Shown: one piece after another, positions 24,615-32,000 of the stretch
How the letters are laid out: each line of letters starts with the position of its first letter
How positions within the stretch are numbered: position 1 is the stretch's first letter
Origin: an uncultured Candidatus Saccharimonas sp.
Lineage (GTDB): Bacteria > Patescibacteriota > Saccharimonadia > Saccharimonadales > Saccharimonadaceae
DNA length: 32,000 nt
Assembly: GCA_963528875.1 (NCBI GenBank)
Contig: CAURWT010000001.1
Location: 30,001 to 62,000, forward strand
Reading direction: 5' to 3'
Made by a program: the position numbers and the translations under genes
Notes under the pieces: model-generated
The model's input: the letters and a program-made list of their open reading frames with translations, nothing else
Database searches by the model: none
Told to the model about the DNA's origin: nothing

Positions 24615-25133
24615 ATGGAAATTATTTTTTACTCAATATTATTCATTCTCGGCATAATTATTGCCGCTTTTCTTTTAACTATATTTTTTGGTGCACCATA
24701 TGTCCCAACACATAAATCAGATCTTTTCAAACTCTTCGAAACAATAAATCTTTCTAAAGAAGATATACTCGTAGATATCGGTTCTGGTGATGGAGTTGTT
24801 TTAAAAGTTGCAAATAATTTTAACGCAAAAGCTATCGGTTTTGAAATTAACCCTTTTCTGGTTTTAATTTCAAAAATTAAACTTCGAAAACAACAAAACT
24901 GCCAAATTTATCTTAAAAATTTTTGGAGAGCCTTCCCAATTTCAAACATTACCATATTCTATACTTTTGGCCACGCCGAGAGGATTGAAAAAATGCTAAA
25001 ACTTGCTCAAATTCAGGCAAATTTTCAAAAAATGCCTCTACTTTTTATTAGCTATGGTTTCGAAATTAAAAACTTAAAACCTTTTAGAATATCAGGCGCA
25101 CATTATATTTATAAAATTCAGCCAAAAAAATAA
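24615..25133 (+). CDS. membrane-anchored class I SAM-dependent methyltransferase (FAM173/ATPSc-KMT-like)
   Basis: 172 aa. N-terminal TM. APYVPT, the SAM motif I LVDIGSGDG, and GFEINPFLV. Confidence 0.7.
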   Translation: MEIIFYSILFILGIIIAAFLLTIFFGAPYVPTHKSDLFKLFETINLSKEDILVDIGSGDGVVLKVANNFNAKAIGFEINPFLVLISKIKLRKQQNCQIYLKNFWRAFPISNITIFYTFGHAERIEKMLKLAQIQANFQKMPLLFISYGFEIKNLKPFRISGAHYIYKIQPKK

Positions 25134-25163
25134 TTAAAAAGTCTTTTTTTTCATAATTAAATA

Positions 25164-25172
25164 TGCTATAAT
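25164..25172 (+). promoter_or_regulatory. extended -10 TGCTATAAT for tRNA-Lys
   Basis: TG at 25164-25165, TATAAT at 25167-25172. The tRNA starts 9 nt downstream. Confidence 0.5.
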
Positions 25173-25181
25173 GTGAATATT

Positions 25182-25258
25182 GGGCCAGTAGCTCAGCCGG
25201 TTAGAGCACCTGCCTCTTAAGCAGGGTGTCGAGGGTTCGAGCCCCTCCTGGCCCTCCA
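25182..25258 (+). tRNA. tRNA-Lys (anticodon CTT)
   Basis: 77 nt. Acceptor GGGCCAG/CTGGCCC, anticodon stem CCTGC/GCAGG with loop CTCTTAA, T-loop TTCGAGC, encoded CCA. Confidence 0.9.
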
Positions 25259-25272
25259 GAATTTGAAAAAAT

Positions 25273-25310
25273 AAATCAGCAAGAACTATCTATCTGCTGA
25301 TTTTTATTTT
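25273..25310. terminator. bidirectional terminator
   Basis: Stem AAATCAGCA/TGCTGATTT, 13-nt loop, T-run. Lies between tRNA-Lys (+) and the clp-like gene (-). Confidence 0.6.
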
Positions 25311-25313
25311 ATA

Positions 25314-27689
25314 TTAGCTTTGTCGAATTATCTCTGGAGTAATTTCGATGTTCGAACCAGCTTGAGCTTCACCGGAAAGCATTTTTCGCGCGATAGTGTT
25401 TTCCACAACTCGCTGAATAACTCTTCTCATCGGTCGAGCACCAAGTTTTGGATCATAACCTAAATTTGCAAGCAATATTTTAGCTTCTGGCGTAACAGAA
25501 ACTGTAATTTTTTGGCCAGCAAGAGTTTTATTTACCCCAACAATCATCAAATCAATAATCTGCATCAGATTTTCTTTTGTAAGTGGTTCGAAAACAACAA
25601 TTTCATCAAAACGGTTCAGAAATTCAGGGCGAAATTCACGACTTGCAATTAAGTCATTTACAATAATTTCTTCAGCACTTGTCGAATCATAACCACGAGA
25701 AATCAACTCTTGAATTCGCTCAGAGCCAGCATTTGATGTTGCAATAATAATCGCATCTCGAAATGAAACCTCACGGTTTTTTTCATCCCTCAAAATACCT
25801 TCATCTAAAACCTGCAAAAGAGCAGTTAGAACATTTGGGTGAGCTTTTTCAATTTCATCTAAAAGAACAACCGAGAAAGGCTTTTTCATCATTTGAGCAG
25901 TTAGAGAACTCGCATCACGCGCGCCATCCGCGATCAATCTTGAGACATCGTCAAGATTTACAAATTCATTCAAATCAAGACGTACAATATTATTTTCACC
26001 ATTAAAATAAACTTCTGAAAGTGCCTTCGAAAGCTCTGTTTTACCAACTCCAGTTGGACCAAGAAATAGAAATGTTCCAATTGGTCTGTTTTGATTTCGA
26101 ACGCCAGTTCTCGCACGGCGCAAAGCATTTGCCACAGCCGAGACTGCTTTTTCCTGACCAACCATTCTGGCGTGCAATAAATCTTCAAGGTTTAATAAAG
26201 TTTCTTTCTCTTCATTAACATTTGCAGTGGCAATTTTTACATTCATTGTTTGCTCAATTGCTTTTTCAACTGAGCTCGCCGTTACAATTTTATTATCAGC
26301 AAATCCTGCCGCCATCTCTAACAAGCACACCGCCCGCCCTGGCATTTCTAAATCAAATATATATCTTTCGCTTAGTTTAAAAGCTTCTTTAAGTGCTTGA
26401 AACTGATAAAACACACCATTTTGATGTTCGAAAATCAACAACTTGTCTTGCATAACTGCCAGTGTTTCATCATAATTAGCTGGTTTAACTTGCAACCTAT
26501 TCATTGCCTGAGCAAGTGCTGGGTTCTTTGCTGAAATTTGCAAAAATCTCTGTTCATCAAGAGTTAAGATTAACCTTAAAGCACCAGCCTGAATGATAGG
26601 AAGAAGTAAATTCGAAACATCAACCGAACCAACACCATCTTCAAAAAATAGCTGAGCATTATCAAGACAAATAATTATATTTTTAGCAGCATAAGCCTCG
26701 TTCAAAACATAATTCAGCAAATTTTCTATTTCACCTCGTCCTGGCGCTGCCGCAATCAAAGATGCGGCGTCAAGAGAAACAACCTGTCTAAATTTTAAAT
26801 TTGAAGGGATTTTCTCACTACCATTTGCAATTTTTGCAGCGAAAGAATTCACAACAGTAGTTTTACCAACACCATCAGCACCAATCAGGGCAATATTCTG
26901 CTTTCCATTACTACTGAACTGCTCAACCATTTTCAAAACTAAATCTTTATGTTGCTCTAAATTTGAAGACATTAAAATATTGTTCGAAACCTGATTTGTA
27001 ATATTCATTCCAAAACGATTCAAGGTTGGCGTATAACCAAACGACCAATCGCGGGCAATTCCACCAGTTTTCATTGGAACTTTAGATTGACTTATTAGTG
27101 AAAAAATATGATCATGCCACAAAACACCACGTTCTAAATCTTCAAAGTCAAGATAAAACTGCGCAAGAAGCGTTTCGTAATTTGGAAAATTTCGAATTAT
27201 CGCAAGAGTTAAAACTGAACCAGAAACGGTTTTAGTTTTTAACTTTTGCTGAATTTGTAGTGCAGTTTGAAAAATATTCTCAGGTGAATTTTGTGGAATC
27301 TGAACCAAACTTTCAATCGTAGTTTTTCCAAGCCCAAAACGTGAAATAATAAACTTTCCACCGGAACTTTCTAAAACTACTTTTGCGATCTGCTCGCTTG
27401 TTGGATTTTTAGAAAGTTTTCCTAAAATATTGCTAGCTAGCTGCCCTTCAATATTTAAATCTTTTGTTGGCTCCAGCCTATGAAGTTCTCCGTTCCACCA
27501 ATGAACTAAAATTGTGATTATTGATGAAAATGCTAAAATTAGCCAGCCAAGAGCCGAATCCATTAAAATTAAACAAAAACCGCTCAAAATTCCAACAATT
27601 TTCAAAATCTTAAGTAGAAATAAAAATCCCCTAAGCCCATTCATTAAACGGGATTTTTTTGCGCGCAAATTATTGTAATTAAAAATCAT
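25314..27689 (-). CDS. membrane-anchored Clp/Hsp100-family double AAA+ ATPase
   Basis: D1 has Walker A GADGVGKT and Walker B IIICLDN (Asn in place of Glu). D2 has GPTGVGKT, VVLLDEIEKA and GARPMRR. Two Clp_N-like repeats. Two N-terminal TM helices. I saw no M-domain coiled coil and no IGF-type ClpP loop. Start set at ATG 27689 (AAGGAG 9 nt upstream) rather than TTG 27698. Confidence 0.85.
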   Translation of the reverse strand: MIFNYNNLRAKKSRLMNGLRGFLFLLKILKIVGILSGFCLILMDSALGWLILAFSSIITILVHWWNGELHRLEPTKDLNIEGQLASNILGKLSKNPTSEQIAKVVLESSGGKFIISRFGLGKTTIESLVQIPQNSPENIFQTALQIQQKLKTKTVSGSVLTLAIIRNFPNYETLLAQFYLDFEDLERGVLWHDHIFSLISQSKVPMKTGGIARDWSFGYTPTLNRFGMNITNQVSNNILMSSNLEQHKDLVLKMVEQFSSNGKQNIALIGADGVGKTTVVNSFAAKIANGSEKIPSNLKFRQVVSLDAASLIAAAPGRGEIENLLNYVLNEAYAAKNIIICLDNAQLFFEDGVGSVDVSNLLLPIIQAGALRLILTLDEQRFLQISAKNPALAQAMNRLQVKPANYDETLAVMQDKLLIFEHQNGVFYQFQALKEAFKLSERYIFDLEMPGRAVCLLEMAAGFADNKIVTASSVEKAIEQTMNVKIATANVNEEKETLLNLEDLLHARMVGQEKAVSAVANALRRARTGVRNQNRPIGTFLFLGPTGVGKTELSKALSEVYFNGENNIVRLDLNEFVNLDDVSRLIADGARDASSLTAQMMKKPFSVVLLDEIEKAHPNVLTALLQVLDEGILRDEKNREVSFRDAIIIATSNAGSERIQELISRGYDSTSAEEIIVNDLIASREFRPEFLNRFDEIVVFEPLTKENLMQIIDLMIVGVNKTLAGQKITVSVTPEAKILLANLGYDPKLGARPMRRVIQRVVENTIARKMLSGEAQAGSNIEITPEIIRQS

Positions 27690-28159
27690 AAGAGCCAACT
27701 CCTTTTTGTTTTAATTGGTTTAACTTCTTTTGATGGAGTATTTTTTTGCCAATTTTTAAAATCGTCCTTGATTTTTGGAATAATTTTCGGAGTCCAACCA
27801 GTTGTGAAAATTACAGCAAGAATAATCGGTAAAACCGGTGAAATTAACCACAAAATTAACATTGCTAAGCCCCAAATTGCTTTAAAGCTAATAAAAAATA
27901 TACCAATTATCATTATTATTGTTCGCAAAAAAGCACCAATAAACCGAGAAAAAAGCTTATCAAAAGACTTCTTGATTCGAACTTCAATCGAAGCGTTCGA
28001 AACACCTAAAGCATCAATTTGTCGAAAAGGTGCAAACCAAGTTTTTATTAAAAGACCGAGCGAAAAAGTATCAATCGAGTGTTCGATTCCATCTAAAATC
28101 TTCTCAGTACGCCAAGCTAGCCCTTTCCCATACCACCAAGTTAAAAAAGACATAAACAT
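27686..28159 (-). CDS. small multi-pass membrane protein, translationally coupled to the clp-like gene
   Basis: Its TGA stop overlaps the clp-like ATG in an ATGA (27686-27689). Hydrophobic segments. Start set at ATG 28159 (a -10 box 6 nt upstream) rather than GTG 28174. Confidence 0.6.
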   Translation of the reverse strand: MFMSFLTWWYGKGLAWRTEKILDGIEHSIDTFSLGLLIKTWFAPFRQIDALGVSNASIEVRIKKSFDKLFSRFIGAFLRTIIMIIGIFFISFKAIWGLAMLILWLISPVLPIILAVIFTTGWTPKIIPKIKDDFKNWQKNTPSKEVKPIKTKRSWLL

Positions 28160-28165
28160 AATTAA

Positions 28166-28194
28166 ATTATACACTAAAAAAATATTTTTCGCAA
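28166..28194 (-). promoter_or_regulatory. promoter TTGCGA-17-TATAAT, 6 nt upstream of ATG 28159 (leaderless-type)
   Basis: -10 at 28166-28171, -35 at 28189-28194 (minus strand). Divergent from the rny promoter. Confidence 0.45.
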
Positions 28195-28196
28195 TT

Positions 28197-28224
28197 TTGA
28201 AATTTACTTTTTTTATGATAAAAT
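28197..28224 (+). promoter_or_regulatory. promoter TTGAAA-16-(TGa)TAAAAT for rny
   Basis: -35 at 28197-28202, -10 at 28219-28224. AAAGGA SD before the ATG at 28283. Confidence 0.5.
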
Positions 28225-28282
28225 GGATTTAGGCATTGTATTGCTTTTGATTTTTTAACTATCTATTGATGAAAGGAAAAAT

Positions 28283-29788
28283 ATGGAAATAATTATAGCT
28301 ACGCTTGGCGTTTTGTTTGGCGGTGGTAGCGCTTTTGCATATCAAAAAGTGAAAACTGCAAATGCAAAAAATAATTCAGATAAAATTATTGCTGAAGCCC
28401 GAAAAAAATCAGCTGAAATCTTAGAACGTGCAAATGAAAAAGCCTTAAAAATTACTGAAAAGGCTAACGAAGATGAATCAGAACGGCGAAAAGAAATTCG
28501 AAAAACTGAAAATCGCCTCGCAGAACGAGAAGAATCTCTCGACCGAAAACTTGATCAGATTGATTTACGAACTGAGAAACTTCGAAACAATGAACTTGAA
28601 GTTGAAAAACTCAAAAATGAGATTAAAGAAATTCGCAAAAAGCAAGATGAAAAACTTGAAAAAATTGCGAGACTTTCAAAAAAAGAAGCGGCTGAAAAAA
28701 TTATGAAAATTGCCGAAAGAAATATGGCTCAAGATATGGTTAATCTAGTTGCAAAGCTCCAAAAAAATGCAACCGAAGATGCTGAAGAACGAGCTCAGGC
28801 TATTTTGGTTTCAGCAATGGAACGAATCTCAAGCGAAGTAACAGCTGAACGAACAGTTACAGCTTTAAAACTCCCTGATGATGAAATGAAAGGTCGAATT
28901 ATTGGCAAAGAGGGTCGAAACATTCAAGCACTTCAGCGCGAAACTGGTGTAGATATCTTGGTTGATGATACCCCTGGAATGGTTGTTCTTTCAAGTTTCG
29001 ACCCTGTTCGCCGCCAAGTTGCACGACTTTCGCTTGAGCTTTTAATGAAAGACGGGCGAATTAATCCAGCAAGAATCGAAGAAGTTGTTGAAAAAGCTGA
29101 ACGTGAAATAAACAAGGAGATTAATCGTGCTGGCGAAGATGCTGCTCGTGAAGTTGGACTTTCAGGTTTGCCGCATGAAATGTTACGACTGCTTGGCGAA
29201 TTAAAGTTTCGAACAAGTTATGGTCAGAATGTTTTAAAACATTCAACAGAAATGGCTAATGTTGCAGGCTTAATTGCTGAAGAAATTGGTGCAAATGTTA
29301 AAATTGCAAAAACTGCTGCGCTCTTTCACGACATTGGAAAGGCCGTAACCCATAAAATCGAAGGAAAACATGCCCAAATTGGTGCTGAACTTGCCGAAAA
29401 ATACGGAATGGATCCCCGAGTTGTAAATGCAATTGCAGCACATCATGAAGATGTTGAAGCTACAACAGTTGAGGCAATTATTGTTAAAATCACTGACGCA
29501 ATGAGTGCTTCTCGACCGGGAACAAGAAACGCTTCTGCTGAAAACTTTGTAGAGAGAATGCGCGAGCTTGAAAATGTTGCAACTAGCTTTAAGGGTATAA
29601 ATAAGGCTTATGCGATTTCGGCCGGGAGAGAGATTCGTGTAATAGTTTCACCAGAATCTATCGACGATCTTTCAGCAATAAAAATGGCACGAGATATTGC
29701 AGATAAAATTGAAAGCACAATGCAATATCCAGGCGTCATCAAAGTTAATATAATTCGTGAAACGCGCGCAATTGAATATGCAAAATAA
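28283..29788 (+). CDS. rny: ribonuclease Y
   Basis: 501 aa. N-terminal TM, coiled-coil region, KH domain (GRIIGKEGRNIQALQRETGV), HD domain (LFHDIGKA). Confidence 0.95.
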   Translation: MEIIIATLGVLFGGGSAFAYQKVKTANAKNNSDKIIAEARKKSAEILERANEKALKITEKANEDESERRKEIRKTENRLAEREESLDRKLDQIDLRTEKLRNNELEVEKLKNEIKEIRKKQDEKLEKIARLSKKEAAEKIMKIAERNMAQDMVNLVAKLQKNATEDAEERAQAILVSAMERISSEVTAERTVTALKLPDDEMKGRIIGKEGRNIQALQRETGVDILVDDTPGMVVLSSFDPVRRQVARLSLELLMKDGRINPARIEEVVEKAEREINKEINRAGEDAAREVGLSGLPHEMLRLLGELKFRTSYGQNVLKHSTEMANVAGLIAEEIGANVKIAKTAALFHDIGKAVTHKIEGKHAQIGAELAEKYGMDPRVVNAIAAHHEDVEATTVEAIIVKITDAMSASRPGTRNASAENFVERMRELENVATSFKGINKAYAISAGREIRVIVSPESIDDLSAIKMARDIADKIESTMQYPGVIKVNIIRETRAIEYAK

Positions 29789-29806
29789 TAATTTCAAAAT
29801 TATAAT

Positions 29807-29832
29807 AAAATAGCCTTCATAAAGGCTATTTT
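29807..29832. terminator. bidirectional terminator between convergent genes
   Basis: Stem AAAATAGCCTT/AAGGCTATTTT with a 4-nt loop. Confidence 0.7.
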
Positions 29833-29835
29833 ATA

Positions 29836-31056
29836 TTATATCTTACAGTTTAATCCACTATTTTTAATTTTAGTTGTTGAGAAATCTTTACAAATCGGTT
29901 CATCTCCTTCAGTTTGAGCAGAAAATAGAGGAACCGGGAAATTACTATCATGGAATCCAATTCGACTTTCAATTCTTCTAAACTGACTATTTGCTCGACC
30001 AGTTGAATCAACTTTTGGTTGAATACCCTTAAAATCTACAACATTACCATTATTCATAAGCTCAATTTTAAATTCAGCATTATTCATTAAAGGTGTCAAT
30101 CGAGCATATAAAACATCAGTTGGAGAAACGTTTCGCCCAATATTTATTACCATTTCGCAAGCATAGGCACTTGAGCCAGCTCCAAGATCATCTGAACATT
30201 TTGTAAAAGTATAGTCATTTGTTGACTGTGCAGAATTTTCATCTCGACGAACAGTTGGTAGATTCGAACTATTCACAACTCGAGAATCCAAGCCCGAAGC
30301 AGGATATAACAGCATTTCACTCGCACCATTTCCATCATCTGGATAAGGTGTATCCATGCTTGTTGATGAATTTCCATTATGTCCAGGAACATAACCATAT
30401 AATTGGGTTTTTAATATGGCTGGTCTATTTTGAGCTTGCCAATCTTTCAGAATATTAGGGCGAGCATTAGGATTATTTATTGAATCTAATGATATTTTTG
30501 AACCATTCGCCATATTATTTTTGGTATGCCACTTAACACGAATCTGGTTAAAGCTCGAAACACCTTTTAAGTTAATAACTGAGGGCGTTCCTTCATTACT
30601 TTGACCCAAAAAGTCAGAAGTATCTGTTTTAATTTTAACACAAGTATAGGCTTGGTTTAAATTTTGATCAGTATTTCCTCCACCAGAACTTGTTTTAGTT
30701 TGCACTATAGTTTCATTACCATTAGCGCCAATTCCAGCAGTCGCTAAAATATAACAGTTACCAGACAAAATTGCCTTTGTCATTTCACTACAATCATATG
30801 TCTTACCTTCGAAAACTTTCTTACCAACATCTGCGCCACCGCAGGCACCTTTATAAATTCGTAAAAATCTTTTAGCATCTTCAACTCCCGCCTGAGCACT
30901 ATCATAAGCACTCTGTGAAAGATCTAGCCTACTGGCCTGCTCTTGGTCTCGGAGCATAATCCGCAAAAAGCTTGCAGACATAATCGAGACCAAAATACTA
31001 ACCATAATAACAATAAAGATTGAAACACCACCTTTTTTAAACTCTCTATTTGTCAT
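29836..31056 (-). CDS. PilX-like type IV pilus minor pilin / pilus-associated protein
   Basis: 406 aa. N-terminus KKGGVSIFIVIMVSILVSIMSASFLRIM followed by QEQASRLDLSQSAYDSAQAGVEDA, which matches the PilX N-terminal pattern (from memory). Several Cys in the globular part. Confidence 0.6.
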   Translation of the reverse strand: MTNREFKKGGVSIFIVIMVSILVSIMSASFLRIMLRDQEQASRLDLSQSAYDSAQAGVEDAKRFLRIYKGACGGADVGKKVFEGKTYDCSEMTKAILSGNCYILATAGIGANGNETIVQTKTSSGGGNTDQNLNQAYTCVKIKTDTSDFLGQSNEGTPSVINLKGVSSFNQIRVKWHTKNNMANGSKISLDSINNPNARPNILKDWQAQNRPAILKTQLYGYVPGHNGNSSTSMDTPYPDDGNGASEMLLYPASGLDSRVVNSSNLPTVRRDENSAQSTNDYTFTKCSDDLGAGSSAYACEMVINIGRNVSPTDVLYARLTPLMNNAEFKIELMNNGNVVDFKGIQPKVDSTGRANSQFRRIESRIGFHDSNFPVPLFSAQTEGDEPICKDFSTTKIKNSGLNCKI

Positions 31057-31058
31057 AT

Positions 31059-32000
31059 TTAATACCTCACCGGAAGTTCTTTAGTATAAGTTGTAACAAT
31101 TTTGCCCGCACTACCAGATTGAGACTGAGCCCACAAGTAGGTATCTGCCGATTGGTTAAAAATTTCAGCAGGATTAGCTAGCGTATCTTTCGCAGTCCCA
31201 TCAGAGCCAGCAGTTCGCCACAATCGCAACTCTTTCGAAACTGTTCCACCACGCACATGCAATTGATTGTCACAATTTTTCATATTAACATCATTAGCAT
31301 TCTGGGCACCATTAACCGCACAAGTATTTATTATACCTTGAGCAATCAACCACGCATCAACTCTTTTCACTCCTTGGTCAATAGTAATATCTCCATCAGC
31401 AATAATTATGATCTGACGGAAATCTGAATCATTATTTACAGCTCTATCAACATTCACAATATCACCAGAAATTCGAATATTTTTACCATAGATCACTCGA
31501 GTTTGTTTATCAGCCGAAATCGAACCAAGCTGTTTGTTCGCATCGCCATAAACTTCAACTTTTGTATTTGTATCTTCGAAATTCTTTTTTGGAAATTTTG
31601 AAGCAATGTTTGAAATTAATGAATCAATACTTGACTTCCCTTGGCCAAAACTACTTTTTGAAGAATAATCCTCAATTGCCAACTTTCGCGTACTTTGCGA
31701 AGATTCAGTTCTAAAATCTTTAATTTTCACACCCGAGAGCGCTTCATATTCGACCCAAGAACCAAGAACTCCTTGTTTAGTTGTAGATAAACTCGTTCGA
31801 ATACCAGATTTTGAATAGACACCATTTCCCCAGAATTGAACTTTTGGTTTCTTAACCAGCTTAATACAAATTGGTGCACCGTGCCGCCAGTCTAAATTTT
31901 CTCGTTCTTGTTTAGCTTGCTCAGCCTGACTTTGGTTCGAATTCATCTTGTATGGCGAGATGGAAAGCGCAACACAATAACGGGTTCCCGCCTCGGCACC
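31059..32000 (-). CDS. secreted or pilus-associated hypothetical protein, 5' end probably beyond the window
   Basis: Its stop lies 2 nt before the PilX-like start. The reading frame stays open upstream of the track's ATG (31946) all the way to position 32000. Confidence 0.55.
   Translation of the reverse strand, partial: GAEAGTRYCVALSISPYKMNSNQSQAEQAKQERENLDWRHGAPICIKLVKKPKVQFWGNGVYSKSGIRTSLSTTKQGVLGSWVEYEALSGVKIKDFRTESSQSTRKLAIEDYSSKSSFGQGKSSIDSLISNIASKFPKKNFEDTNTKVEVYGDANKQLGSISADKQTRVIYGKNIRISGDIVNVDRAVNNDSDFRQIIIIADGDITIDQGVKRVDAWLIAQGIINTCAVNGAQNANDVNMKNCDNQLHVRGGTVSKELRLWRTAGSDGTAKDTLANPAEIFNQSADTYLWAQSQSGSAGKIVTTYTKELPVRY

Noticed and set aside
27768-28232. 154-aa plus-strand ORF overlapping the 27686..28159 gene.
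   Set aside because: It is antisense to a convincing membrane protein that is ATGA-coupled to the clp-like gene. It would also swallow the rny promoter at 28197-28224. Its sequence is low-complexity K/I-rich, as expected from reading an AT-rich gene backwards.
1-32000. Search for CRISPR arrays, a DGR template/variable repeat pair, IS elements and long inverted repeats.
   Set aside because: I saw no regularly spaced direct repeats and no reverse transcriptase or transposase. The only internal repeats are the diverged protein modules in the LPXTG gene and the 13-nt promoter-region repeat.

Overview
AT-rich (about 35-38% GC by eye), very gene-dense bacterial chromosomal DNA read in the standard genetic code (long ORFs are unbroken and TGA acts as a stop). 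Most genes are housekeeping: ftsA-like, a short-form alaS, pgk-tpiA, typA, folD, glyA, murA, murB, rny and a GT39 glycosyltransferase. There are also six tRNA genes, all with encoded CCA, each apparently with its own promoter. Envelope and surface genes include an LPXTG sortase-substrate adhesin, a membrane-anchored secreted protein and PilX-like type IV pilin genes. My inference, from gene content only, is a reduced-genome organism with a Gram-positive-type envelope, possibly Patescibacteria/CPR (Saccharibacteria-like). I found no CRISPR array, transposase, integrase, reverse transcriptase or recognisable defence or toxin gene, so I cannot point to a canonical new system. The signals most worth follow-up: (1) strong over-representation of the palindrome TTCGAA/TTTCGAAA in all codon phases and in intergenic DNA, resembling HIP1; (2) about ten genes whose ATG lies 6-9 nt after a TATAAT-type box with no SD (leaderless architecture), alongside strongly SD-led accessory genes; (3) an XRE-HTH::MurA fusion; (4) a membrane-anchored double-AAA+ Clp/Hsp100 protein with a degenerate D1 Walker B, translationally coupled to a small membrane protein; (5) a surface-protein cluster next to tRNA-Val; (6) an orphan small transcription unit with a consensus promoter and a strong terminator. 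All counts and coordinates were made by hand and need computational confirmation.
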